From the human T2T-CHM13v2.0 reference genome, Homo sapiens: DNA of 64,000 nt. Location: the NCBI RefSeq assembly GCF_009914755.1, contig NC_060941.1; one strand, given 5' to 3'. Position numbers and translations under genes: made by a program. Shown here one piece after another: positions 28,260-42,920 of this stretch. Numbering within the stretch: position 1 is the stretch's first letter; each line of letters begins with the position of its first letter. The notes under the pieces were generated by a model. That model saw only the letters and a program-made list of their open reading frames with translations, was not told the DNA's origin and made no database searches.

Positions 28260-28785
28260 TGCTATACAAACTAAAACCACAGTAAGATTTTTAAGTTACT
28301 TGATAAAACAATTCTGAAATTTACAGGAAAAATAAAGGGGTGAAAATAGCATTTTGAAATTTTGAAAGAGAAAAGTCATGACTGACACTAACGATACTTA
28401 AAACATTCTAGAGCTACATAAGTCCTAGTACTGGTACAAAAATAGATCAATAGAATAGGATAAAGAGCTCATTTTAGATGTAATATACTAATATATAATA
28501 AATAATGCACCACAAGTAGAAGAGGGTGATTGAATAAATGATTTTGAAGAGAATAGTAATTTGGAACAAGATCAATTTAGATTCTTGTCTCACACTAATC
28601 AAAATAAATTCCACCTGAATTAAAGGTAAATATACGGAAGTCAAATTATAGAAAAACCAGAAAAGAACTGAATGTTGAACAAAACTCTAGAGAAGAAAGG
28701 ACATTTTAAGTTAGAAGTGATAAAAGTAAATAAATAAATTTGACCACTTTGAGAAAAAAAAACAAAAAATAACTTCTGTGTGTAA
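28260..28785 (+). mobile_element. Old L1M ORF2 3' fragment
   Basis: A-rich, with L1-like motifs 'tactggtacaaaaatagatcaatagaatag' and 'tctcacactaatcaaaataaattcca'. Confidence 0.7.
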
Positions 28786-29253
28786 CAACTATCTGTCTAC
28801 ACCAGGACTAGAGATCTATACTAGTCCACTAGATACACTAGAGACTGTTATCTGTCTACACCAGGACTAGAGAATGTGGCATAAGTGGGAAGAGCTTCAG
28901 GAAGCTGACCCTGAGGGACCTGTATTTCCAGGCAGAGTTAACCTGCTATAAGGTCATATTCTTGTACAAAATTATGTAACCCACATCGCCCAAATTATTG
29001 TGCTCCATCATTATTCCACCTTAAATGCCTTCATTTAGAGATTCATTCATATTTTGAGAACACAAATATGTTCTGAAGGATAGTGGAGATAACAATCACT
29101 CACAAATTGGCACAAAATTAATTAGCTTAGCTTCCTCCTACATCTAGCTGTGATAAGCTGCACTAAGTTAAAGAGAGCTTTTATCTAGTGGGGATGGAAA
29201 GTAAGTGATTTGTGAGTTTAATAAAGAATTTATTTTTTATTATTAAAAAATGA

Positions 29254-29570
29254 GGCTGGGTGCGGTGGCTCACGCTTGTAATCCCAGCACTTTGGGAGGC
29301 TGAGGCGGGAGGATCACCTGAGGTCGGGAGTATCACCTGAGGTCGGGAGTTCGCGACCTGCCCGACCAACATGGAGAAACCCTGTCTCTACTAAAAATAC
29401 AAGATTAGCCAGGCATGGTGGCGCATGCCTGTAATCCCAGCTACTCAGGAGGCTGAGGCAGGAGTATCGCTTGAACCAGGAGGCGGAGGTTGCAGTGAGC
29501 CGAGATGGCACCACTGCACTCCAGCCTGGGCAACAAGAGCGAAACTCTGTCTCAACAAAAAGAAAACAAC
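29254..29570 (+). mobile_element. Alu (AluSp-like) with internal 19-bp tandem duplication
   Basis: Sp diagnostics 'ggtcgggagt', 'atggagaaacc', 'caacaagagcgaaactc'; 'atcacctgaggtcgggagt' twice at 29313-29350. Confidence 0.95.
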
Positions 29571-29769
29571 TTTATTATATTTTCTGCATCCTAAAATATG
29601 AAAAACATAGTGAAATTTTAAACGATATGGAAAACATAAATAAATAAAAGTCATCAAAAATATCTCAGTATTTGTGACTTTTCTTTTGGATAACTTTTTT
29701 GCATACATGCATGTGCTCACACATACACACCTAATTTTAGCAAAATCAAGTCAGTCTTTAAAAATTTTT

Positions 29770-30082
<313 letters not shown>

Positions 30083-30123
30083 CTATTTTTTATTTTTTAT
30101 CTTTTTAAGGCTAGTCAAGTGAA
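30083..30123 (-). pseudogene. Severely 5'-truncated Y RNA (hY3/RNY3-like) retrocopy with A-rich tail
   Basis: Minus strand 30123-30107 reads TTCACTTGACTAGCCTT, matching the recalled hY3 3' end (...GCTTCACTTGACTAGCCTTT); followed by an A-rich tail; TSD caagt(c/a)agtctttaa at 29747-29761 and 30124-30138. Confidence 0.7.
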
Positions 30124-30138
30124 CAAGTAAGTCTTTAA

Positions 30139-30345
30139 TGCTGTTTTGTAGCATGCTTTTTCACCTTCTAAAAGGTCAAGGCTATTTTTTACCAAAAAAG
30201 TAGATTGTTATCATTGTGTTTATGACATACTGTTCATGATTCAGATACATTATAATTTGTTTAACAAATCTCCCACTGATGGATACATAGGTTGTTTCCA
30301 AATTTGCACTATAATTATTAATGCTGGAATTCAATTTTTGTACAA
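30139..30345 (-). mobile_element. L1ME-type 3' UTR fragment
   Basis: 'ataatttgtttaacaaatctcccactgatggatacataggttgtttccaaatttg' typical reverse L1M 3' end. Confidence 0.75.
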
Positions 30346-30386
30346 ATGAATTTGGAAGTGCTTTTAAAGGTAGTGCAGGTTTAAGC

Positions 30387-30413
30387 GGGGGGAGGGGGTT
30401 GGTGGGAGGGGGG
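30387..30413 (+). other. Canonical G-quadruplex motif
   Basis: GGGGGG-A-GGGGG-TTGGT-GGG-A-GGGGGG. Confidence 0.75.
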
Positions 30414-30805
30414 CATGAACATATGGTGAACCTGAGCAGAAGAAGGGAGGTGTCAGAAGGAGACAGGAGAGCACCAAGGAAAATTTTGCTTGTTTCTTTT
30501 TTTAAACATTTCCTGTAGCTGGCTTTGTGCCTAGAAAATAGGAATAAACTCCTATTACACACCTCTCTATTTTTAAACTCCAGAAAAAAGGTTAGTGACC
30601 TATAATTAGCCACATCAGCAATTACATACACTTTTTTAGGCTGGCCTAAGAATCTAAACACTATATTTCTATTATAACCATATTACGAGTACCAACAGTT
30701 TTTAAATTGGAAACTATATATATATATTTATTTAAAGTCAACAAAATAGCAATATTCATTCAATAAACCTGACAGTGATATTAATATTCTTGTTTCTTTG
30801 TTTCT

Positions 30806-31103
<298 letters not shown>

Positions 31104-31580
31104 TATTCTTGTTTCTTGATTTTTTTTCTCTATTCAGTGATTTTTAAGAGCTGGTGGGAACTGTATTAAAATAATTTTGGAACTTTTCAAACCAAGCATA
31201 CTTTCTCCAATCTTCTGATTTGACTTGGGTGAGGACATTTATATTCCAAAAAATCTCCTTAGGGGATTCTGATACATGCCTCCCATACCACTTCTACTTC
31301 TTGTCTGAGAAGTGTTGCTTTTTATCTATTGCTACTTTATCAATTTATGTTTTGACTTCCTAAGTAAATTGACATCCCTCTTTTAAAAAAAACATGGAAG
31401 GGTATACTTCTTCTGAATCTCAAAGTTAGTTATAATGCTTGTGCATCATAAATACATAACATTTTACTGGATAGATGAATGATAGATAACTATGTACTTC
31501 GGCTATTTAATTCATGTAGAAAATTTAAATATTATAAAAGCAGTAATGATTCTCAGATGTTTTTAAAATAAATTGTCTTC

Positions 31581-31870
31581 CTTTTTTTTTTTTTGAGATG
31601 AAGTCTCACTCAGTCACCTAGGATGGAGTGCAGTGGTGCGATCTCAGCTCAGTGCAATCTGTCTACTGGGTTCAAGAAATTCTTCTGCCTCAGCCTCCCG
31701 AGTAGCTGGGATTACAGGTGTGTGCCACCATGCCTGGCTAATTTTTGTATTTTAAATAGAGACGGGGTTTCACCATGTTGGCCAGGCTGCTCTCGAACTC
31801 CTGACCTCAGGTGATCCATCCACCTTGGCCTCCCAGGGTGCTGGGATTACAGGCGTGAGACATCGTGTTC
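31581..31870 (-). mobile_element. Alu (AluSx-like)
   Basis: Reverse Alu; TSD tcttcctttt. Confidence 0.95.
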
Positions 31871-31972
31871 CTCTTCCTTTTTAATTTGGGAACTAAGACT
31901 TAGGAATTGTTGCGATTGCCATTATAAGTCTTCTTTCTCAGTTCCAGATTCTAGGGACAAAGAACTATCTAA

Positions 31973-32344
<372 letters not shown>

Positions 32345-32865
32345 TGAGTTGACAAGTCATTGGGACACTGGGAATGACTTCTGCAGCACTAAAATATGTT
32401 TAAATATAGAAAGGCAACAAGGATAAAGTATAGCAGGTTTGATCATTAAAACTCTTAAAGAGCAGCTCAGAATTTGCTGTGCCAACTGCACTCCTTCAAT
32501 CCAGCCAACCTCCTGGGAATGGAGCTTCTCTATGTAAAGATGTTTATTTCTACTGGATTTAGAACCATTTCACTTTCCTGCCTAATCAGCATGAACTCCA
32601 GGATCAACCACACTCGATACCCTTTCCCTTTGATATCTATTACACTCCTGCAATTCCCAACATTTTGCATCAATCTGAACATTTCCTTTCTGTGCCTCCT
32701 GGGCCATCAAGCATACCAGAAATAAACAGAATGCTTAGGTAACTGACATATTTAATTTATTTATAATTTTCAACCTCCACTGGACGTTTAGTATTCTTCA
32801 GAAATCCTTTGCTTGATTCCATTTCTTGTTTCCCAAGGGCTATATATGCCAAACTTTTATCACTG

Positions 32866-33160
32866 TTTTTTTTTTTTCTTTTGAGATGGAGCTTGCTCTG
32901 TCACCCAGGCTGGAGTGCAGTGGCATGATCTCAGCTCGATCTCCGCCTCCCTGGGTTCAAGTGATTCTCCTGCCTCAGCCTCCCTAGTAGCTGGGATTAG
33001 AGGCACCTGCCACCGCGCCTGGCTAATTTTTGTATTTTTAGCAGAGGCGGGGTCTCACCACGTTGACCAGGCTGTCTCGAACTCCTGACCTCTCAGGTGA
33101 TCCACCCACCTCGGCCCCCCAAAGTGCTGGGATTACAGGGCTAAGCCACCGTGCCCGGCT
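32866..33160 (-). mobile_element. Alu (AluS-type)
   Basis: Reverse Alu; TSD cttttatca. Confidence 0.95.
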
Positions 33161-33212
33161 CTTTTATCATTCTTTAGCTCCAATTCTATCTCCCCTTTTG
33201 TATAGTCTCTAT

Positions 33213-33352
33213 TAGTGATTCTCAATTTTAGTATGAATAATTGTCACCTGCAGCTTGTTAATAATGCAGATTCAGGGGCCCCTTGCACTAATATTCTAAT
33301 TCACTAAGGGTAGGCTTGAGGAATCTCCAGGTTTAAGAACTCTGGTGATTTA
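33213..33352. mobile_element. MER5-like hAT-Charlie DNA transposon fragment
   Basis: 'agtgattctcaa...tcacctgcagcttgttaataatgcagattc...ggaatctcca...ggtgatt' resembles the MER5A/B consensus. Confidence 0.6.
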
Positions 33353-33548
33353 TATTCTATTTTAAAACGTTTACTTTTAGAGATGGGGTCTTGCTCTGTC
33401 ACCCAGGCTGGAGTGCAGTGGTACAATCATAGCTTATTCAGTGCAGCCTCAAATTCCTAGGCTCAAGGGATCCTCCTGCTTCAGCCTCCTGAGTAGGTAG
33501 GTCAATAGGCGTACACCACCATGCCTGGCTAATTAAAAAAAATTTTTA

Positions 33549-34293
<745 letters not shown>

Positions 34294-34299
34294 TTAATA

Positions 34300-34960
34300 T
34301 TCATCTTTTCTTCCCTCTTCCAGTCCTGTTTCCAAAAAGGAAGAGGCTCTACTCCCTTCCAAGGCCAACCATTCAACCTTGCTACAACTGCCATCACCTC
34401 CTTCCTTCTCCTAGATAATGCTCCATCATCTATCTTTCCTGTGTCTTATACTTTCAATCCCTCCTCCTCCACCAACTCTTTTGCTAGAGAAAAGACTCAA
34501 TTTTCTCTCAACTTCAAATCCCTGTGGCTGTTTCATTCCCTTTCACTTTACCAGACTTCCAGTAAAGCAATCTGTACTGATGCTTCCACTTGTCACTTCC
34601 CATTACTTCCTCAACCATGGAGTTTTGGCTCCCACCTTTAAAGCTACTCTTAATTTGTCCTTTCGAATGTACCCAGTGACCTGCTAATTGTCAATCCCAA
34701 TGACCTCTTCTTAGTCCTTATTCTCTCTGATCTCCCTGCAGTATTTGATATTGCTGAGCCCTTTCTTGAAATTATTTCCTCCCTGGGTTCTCCTCCTACC
34801 TCTGATATCCATTTAGGGGGATCTTTGCTAGCTCCTCTGTCTGCTTCATCGTATGTTGACATCTCTCAGGATATTATCTCTGGTCCTCTTGTTTTCTTCC
34901 TTTATAGTCTCTCCCTGGATTATCTATCTCTTGACCTTTAACTCTCAGCTTTAATACAAG
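34300..34960 (+). mobile_element. L2 LINE internal fragment
   Basis: Pyrimidine-rich; 'tctctgatctccctgcagtatttgatattgctgagccctttcttgaaa' resembles the L2 RT region. Confidence 0.7.
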
Positions 34961-35074
34961 GGATCTTAAATCTTTTTTCATCTCTGAAAAGCCTTTCATT
35001 TGAAGTTTTGAACTTGTAATTCCATGTTCCCAGTGTGTAACTTCTTGAACTTGAATGATGAGTTTGGTTTTGGA

Positions 35075-35480
35075 CATTGTTGGGTCAGGGTTCTTAGCTG
35101 CAAAGCAGAAGCTGAGTCAAGGTTGGAATCAAGGGAGCTCCTGAGGGCAAGGGACAGGAACCACAGCAAAAATCCCAACTATTGTTGTTGTTGCTGCTGC
35201 TGCTGCTGCTATGAGTATCATCACCAGATGTCCTCATATCTTTGAATCACTTGATTAAGATTCAAAGTCTTCAAAGAGGAAATATCCATTTGGTCAAGCC
35301 TAAATCATGTGGTTGGACCCTAGTAACACAAGAGGTGGGTGAAGAAGGATTTGATAGTGGAAAGGGACCACTATATCTTATTAATACCACACATAATAGG
35401 AGATAACATGAAGGGGATGAGAGAGTTTATAAGAAGGGGGAGGGTCTGACTGCAATGGCAAGCAATGAAACATGCCCACC
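35075..35480. mobile_element. MLT1-type (MaLR) LTR relic containing (TTG)4(CTG)5
   Basis: 'gtcagggttcttagctgcaa' and 'atttggtcaagcctaaatcatgtg' resemble MLT1J/K; triplet run at 35182-35210. Confidence 0.55.
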
Positions 35481-35619
35481 ACAAAATACTAAGGTTGATC
35501 AGTCCCCAATGTCTTAAAAAATAAAGCCTAACTATCAACCGTAGGTGACAGGATTGGATCAAGAGAGAAATAAATAACCATATGATTCACAACTAACCGT
35601 AATCTACCCCCCCAGCCAC

Positions 35620-35960
35620 TCTCTCTAAATATTCTCCAATGTGCCAAGAATTTTTATATAATTTGCTTTTGTTTTCTGCTACTTTCTCTTTCTAGGGAAT
35701 CTTTACTTTCTTTATTTGGTTAAATCTTACTTATCCTTCAAGATTTGGCTAAATGTCTTCTCCTCTGTGAAGTCTTCCCTGATTCCCCTGGGCAAAATTA
35801 ATCATTTATTTTGTTCTCCCTCCACTTAGCACTTTGCTGAAAACACTAATATATCTTAATGATTATGGTTAGTTGTACACATCTGTTTTCCACTGGATTA
35901 TTAGTTCCTTGAAGGCAGGGACTAGGTCTTATTCATCTTTATATCTTCACAGTCTGCATC
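35620..35960 (+). mobile_element. L2 LINE 3' fragment
   Basis: 'cttacttatccttcaagatttggctaaatgtcttctcctctgtgaagtcttccctga...ttccttgaaggcagggactaggtctt'. Confidence 0.75.
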
Positions 35961-37117
35961 AGTAAGGAAGAATTAGGAAGCAGAAGGGGTGATGCTGCTA
36001 TAATGATGAGGTCTCTTAACTTGTGGTTTACATTTTTTCAGCTTAATTTCTTTTGTTCCATACATGGTACTTCCCTAATCATTTCAAATGAAACAGTCTA
36101 TGGAGTTCTAGGTCAACTTCACCCTGGGTCAGGTAACTTTTGTTATTTCTATTCTTTAGGTGAAGGAAGCAGAGTGTAATGTTCCCGTTGCTCTTCACAA
36201 CTGAGGTATCATCAGTACTTTCAGAGGTCTTACAAGCAATTCAATTTTGCTTAATTGACATATGTTTCTTTCAGAAGCACAGATTGAGCTAGTTGTATGC
36301 GTTTCTCTGTATCTTAGACACTGGGCTTAAAACTAAGAACACTAAAATACTTTATGTAACAAGTGCATTGAGATCTTTATGTGACAGACTTTAGACACAG
36401 GAGATGACCTCCAACAATGGAAATAGTGTCTGTGATTATGAATCAGTTTCCTTTTGGTAAAAAATATTTCTATGAAATGTCTGCACAATAATATGGTCAA
36501 TAAGCATCATAGGCCTAAAAGGAAATTTAAGTTTCTCTTTTAAGAATACTTCTTTTATATTACAGAAATGATCTCATTTACTTAATACATTTTTCAAAAA
36601 TTAAGAGAATGCTTTCAATTTTCCAAAGGTTAGGAAAACAAAGTACAATCTGAAGGCTCTATTTGTAAAAGAAAGTGTTATTTATAGTTAAATTTATCAA
36701 GTGGACATTCAGCAGCAGCTGAGTATTAAAGTTGCATTCCTAGAAAACTAGATATTTCATACCTAATCTGTGCTTAGTCAAGCCACAAAACCTCAAACTA
36801 ACAGACCCTCTGTCATTTGCGGATAGTCTAATTTATCTATACTGAAATTAAACATTTAAAAAGGTCTGATTACACGATTAATATATGGAGCATTCCTGAT
36901 TAGAAAAAGGCTCAAATTCTGAAGATGTTAATTTATTTTTTGGTTGATTCTGACCATATTCTGTCATCAACAGCCTTTTCAATTCCCACTTTTTGAGACA
37001 GGTTTCAAGAAAATGGAAATTTGGGGTTATTAGATTAGCCATGAAAAACCAGTGAAAAAAATTTTTAACAAACGTCATAGAAAATCACTCAATGAAAATA
37101 AAAAGGTGTTTAATCAA

Positions 37118-37338
37118 CTTTGTTATTTATTTTAAAGACAGGGTCTTGCTCTGTTGCCCAGGCTCCCAAGTAGCTTAGGACTACAGTCTCATACCTCTAT
37201 GTCCAGCCAATTTTTTATTTTTATTTTTGTTAATATGTTGCCCAGGCTGGTCTTGAATTCCTGGCCTCAAGTGATCCTCCCCTCACCTCGGCTCCCAACA
37301 CACTGAGATTACAGGCTTGGGCATCACTGTGCCTGGCC
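37118..37338 (-). mobile_element. AluJ with internal deletion of part of the right arm
   Basis: 'gttgcccaggct' joins directly to 'cccaagtagc'. Confidence 0.88.
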
Positions 37339-37539
37339 TCAGCTTTATTTGTTCTAAAGGAAATTATGAATAGTAATGGTTATTACATAAGTAATCTCTA
37401 TGATGTGGGAAACCATTAAGCACCTTTTACATACTCTAAATAAGAATTATGCTTTGGGTTTTTATCATATTTCTAAAATATTTTCTAGCATGAAACATCT
37501 AACTTAACATTACACACAAACACATATTCCTATTTATCC

Positions 37540-38440
37540 TTCCAGACATAATATAGTCACTGTCATTACAAAGCCTTCTTTGTGCTAACTTCTTTGTTCT
37601 CTCTTCTCTGCTCCCATGTTACATTTTACCATAATCATTTTCTTGTATCTCTATCCCCCATTAGGCATTGAGCTCATCCTGGGCAGAGAACGGACTCTCT
37701 TCACATTTGAATTTTCAGTGCCTACGCTGTTCTTTTTTCTTTTTCTTTCTTTACCTGCATGGTTCTTGACACATAGTAGTAGATGTCCGGTGTGTGTTAG
37801 TTGAATGAGTTAATAAATGAAAAAATAAATTACATGTATATAATAGAATATAATTCTAGCACAACGAGACCTCAATTATAATAGAATATAATTCTAGTAC
37901 AACAACAGTTCAACGAGAGTGGAGAAAAGGATGGAATCATGTGAAGTCTTCCAGATGTGTTAATTATGTTGAACCTAATGCTAAGGATAGCAAAAGTCTT
38001 TGAAGAATGGCCAAGAGTGAATTTTGGGAAGTCAAGTTGAATGATTAATAGTCCAGATGAGAATCTGTAATGGCTTGGTGGAGATGGCAGGGATGGAGAG
38101 TAACAGAAGTATCGGAGAAATACTTACGATGAAGAATTGATAGCATCTGGTGAGTGGCTGGATACTGGGCTGGGGTAAGAGAGACAGGAAGTCAAAGATG
38201 AGAGCACCATTTACCAAGAGAAAGAAGAAAAGGTACAGATTTTAGGGGGGAGAAAACAAAGTTTCAGACATATTGAGTCAGGTACTGGAAAGACATCCAT
38301 GTGTTACTATGAGGAGGGAACTATTCCTATCCTCCCCTCTTACACACCAGGAAACCTGGGCTGAGGGAGCTTACATAACTTACTAATTGCTTCCCAGACC
38401 TGCCTCCAAAGTCCATGTTGTTAACTCCCAGGCCATACAG
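37540..38440. mobile_element. L2 fragments (plus about 37540-37825, minus about 37990-38300) and a MIR relic (about 38320-38440)
   Basis: 'gagctcatcctgggcagaga...gacacatagtagtag...gttgaatgag'; 'gacaggaagtcaaagatga...tttcagacatattgagt'; 'ggaaacctgggctgagggagctta'. Confidence 0.55.
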
Positions 38441-39574
38441 CATATGATTCTTTGTTTAAGGAAAACACCAATATATTGCAAGCCGAGTTATACTCCTGAC
38501 TTCTGAGTACTAAATGTGTCTCAACTGAAGCAACTATCCTGGAGGATGAGGCCACTTAACAGCTTCCAAAGCAAGGTGACGGTATTCTTAAGGCCTCCTT
38601 CCCACACACTTCTCTGCCAAAATAGATGGCAGCTAAGCCAAAGAGCACTGGAGAAAGACATGGAGCAGAAAAAAAAAGAGAAGATCCTCAGGGCGCTGGT
38701 AGAAGTGCAAAGGTCTTGTTCAGGTGAAAGAAAATGTGTAATAAAATTCACCGGTTCAGCTGAACAGGTAATTACAGAGTTAATAAAACAAGGATTCCTG
38801 ACACAATAGATTCTAACACTGCCATGGGTGTCATAGTCACTAAGTGACTTTTTAGTTTGCTGATCATTGATCCACTAGACACTAACAGCTCCAATCGGAT
38901 CAATGCAGGATAACATATGAGGAGGACTTTGCATGTTAAAAATCTACTGGAAATTTTACATGAAAGAGTTCATTATCTGGGTAATGTGACCTGTGTCCAA
39001 ATGATACATGTGGACCATTTGTCAGGTTTTTTAATGGAAAAAAATGAATTTTTTTCTAAAAGCCTAATTATGTGATAAATTCCACTGCCGAGAAATTGAA
39101 GCCACTTGGGTGTCATGAATGTGTAAACATGTTAATTCGAGGGCTGTGTTACCTAAAGAAGTATATTTCATTCCACTCTCTTAGCTTCCCTTTCCCCAAC
39201 GGGGTCATCTCATCCATCTCCTCCATTCCTATGGCCCACCAACACTCTGTTCTTGGGTCTTTCTCTCTTCGTAGCCTGGGCCAGCTTCCATTTTCCCTAA
39301 ATCCTTCTTTCCTGTGCTCACAGTTCCTTCTAAGAGCTTGTCTCCTAAGGCCAGCATTTAACCCAAGGTCCCTTTGCTATCTTCATTCCCTGGGGCCCTG
39401 TTGTCATACAGTTTTATCAGAAGAGAGCAGACAGAGAAGAAAATATACTTATTTCTCATGGAAAGAACTCATATATTGCTTGGTTCTAGAAAGAAAAATG
39501 ATCTAAAGCAATAATAATAAGCTTGTTTATGGAAACTAGACAAATCAAAAAGAGTTCTGGAAAACATATTTTGT

Positions 39575-40766
<1,192 letters not shown>

Positions 40767-41087
40767 CAGAGCTCAAGTTTTAAAGCACTTCAGTCTACTG
40801 GTGCCCAATAAGAAACCATGAAGCTCTTTGTCATTGTCATGGCACTCCCTGATGGGGTTCTTCTCACTGCTCCTAGTGCCTGTGATGCTCTCCAAGTGGA
40901 GACTGCCTGATCGCACATCAAATGCTGCTCATTTAGGCTGGCAGGCAGAGGCAGCGTGCTTTCAAATTGTGCTTTAAAGAAAAACCTTTATATTTCCAAA
41001 CAAATTAAGGGAATTTACTTGTAAGGAAAATCTAATTTAGGTATCTTTAAAAGGAGAGGTTTAGAAAATAAGAAATTAACACTGTGG

Positions 41088-41101
41088 CCACCATCTAGTG
41101 A
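41088..41101 (-). promoter_or_regulatory. CTCF-like motif
   Basis: Minus strand TCACTAGATGGTGG (2 mismatches to the core consensus). Confidence 0.3.
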
Positions 41102-41589
41102 TCCATGGCTTAAGTTTTAACATGGCACTGAAAACTTCTCTTACCCATAAGTGTTGATCTAGTATAATTTATTATCTTTGGAACAGTATAAGTTTATTAT
41201 AAAATCAATGAGAAAATATATGCCATTAGGCATGCCCTCATACTCATATTGTTTAGAAAAACAATAAAACAAAAACAGACAAAAAATAAATATTAATATT
41301 TACTAGTTTATGGACAGGCAAGACAACTTTTTAAAAATCCTAGTTTATCTAATGCATATATTTTTAGTACTGCAGCAATAAGGAAAACCTGAAGAACAAC
41401 AGCTAAGTGTAACTAAGAGTACATATTCTACAGTTAAAAAAATCACACAAGCATTTACTTGATTCTTCATGCACCGATAAGAATGGTAAAGAAAACAGAA
41501 ATCCCAAAATAATATAAGTTTGTCTCAGCTAACAATATCATTTGGAAAATTCTTATGTTTACCCAAAGTTGAACTGCACTTAATACTTT

Positions 41590-42250
<661 letters not shown>

Positions 42251-42797
42251 CTGCCCTTTTTTTTTGGTAAGGAAAATTGCACATTTTTGTGCTCCTCTGA
42301 TAAATGCAAACCCACCCATCTGAGGGAACAATAACTACAAAATGCCATCCACTCTTAGCAATTATGTAATTCCATGTAATTATTTTCTCAGTTTGGCTAA
42401 AAAAAGCAAGTACTTTGAGATCTCTAAAATAGTCACAAACTAGTGCATTTTCTAGTTAAGAAGATGTTTGGGAGAGTCAAACTCTTATTTCAGAGACAGA
42501 ATATAATTTAATAATTACCTGAATACAGAAACACCAATGAAGTTGTGGCTTAGACGTGTTGGGCATTTGTAAAATATAGGTAATATCAAGAGACTCCTGC
42601 TGTGAGTCAAGACAAACAAGCTTCCCCCTGCCACCCAGCATAACTGATGAGAGAATGCAGAGAAAAGTGATTAGAGTAGACTATGATACAGAGCTGGAGA
42701 AAGTTTCCTAAGGGAAGACATGTTTAAAGTTGTATCTAAAATTCAGATGTAATAAGAAAAATAAAATAATAATAAAATTTAGATGCATATATCATTA

Positions 42798-42920
42798 AGG
42801 CAGCATAGCATAGTGCTTAAAGCCAGGATAAACTCTGGAATCAGACTGCATGGGTTCAAATCACAGTTCAACTTCCTCTTGGTCTGTGACCTGGGGCAAG
42901 TTATTTAACCCTTTCAGACT
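42798..42920 (+). mobile_element. MIR SINE 5' part
   Basis: 'aggcagcatagcatagtgcttaa...ctctggaatcagactgcatgggttcaaatc...tgtgacctggggcaagttatttaacc'. Confidence 0.85.

Noticed and set aside
30182-30661. Longest ORF (159 aa, minus strand)
   Set aside because: Overlaps an L1ME relic and the G-run; no recognisable domain; chance frame.
35182-35210. (CTG)/(CAG) triplet run as a repeat-expansion locus
   Set aside because: Only five pure CTG units, inside an LTR relic.
36110-36215. Plus-strand donor/acceptor/donor arrangement resembling small exons
   Set aside because: The implied intron is only about 29 nt, too short for the spliceosome; no ORF support.
38516-38809. 97-aa ORF with a charged, helical-looking segment
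   Set aside because: Non-ATG start in the sequence, no family resemblance I can recognise, no supporting splice structure.
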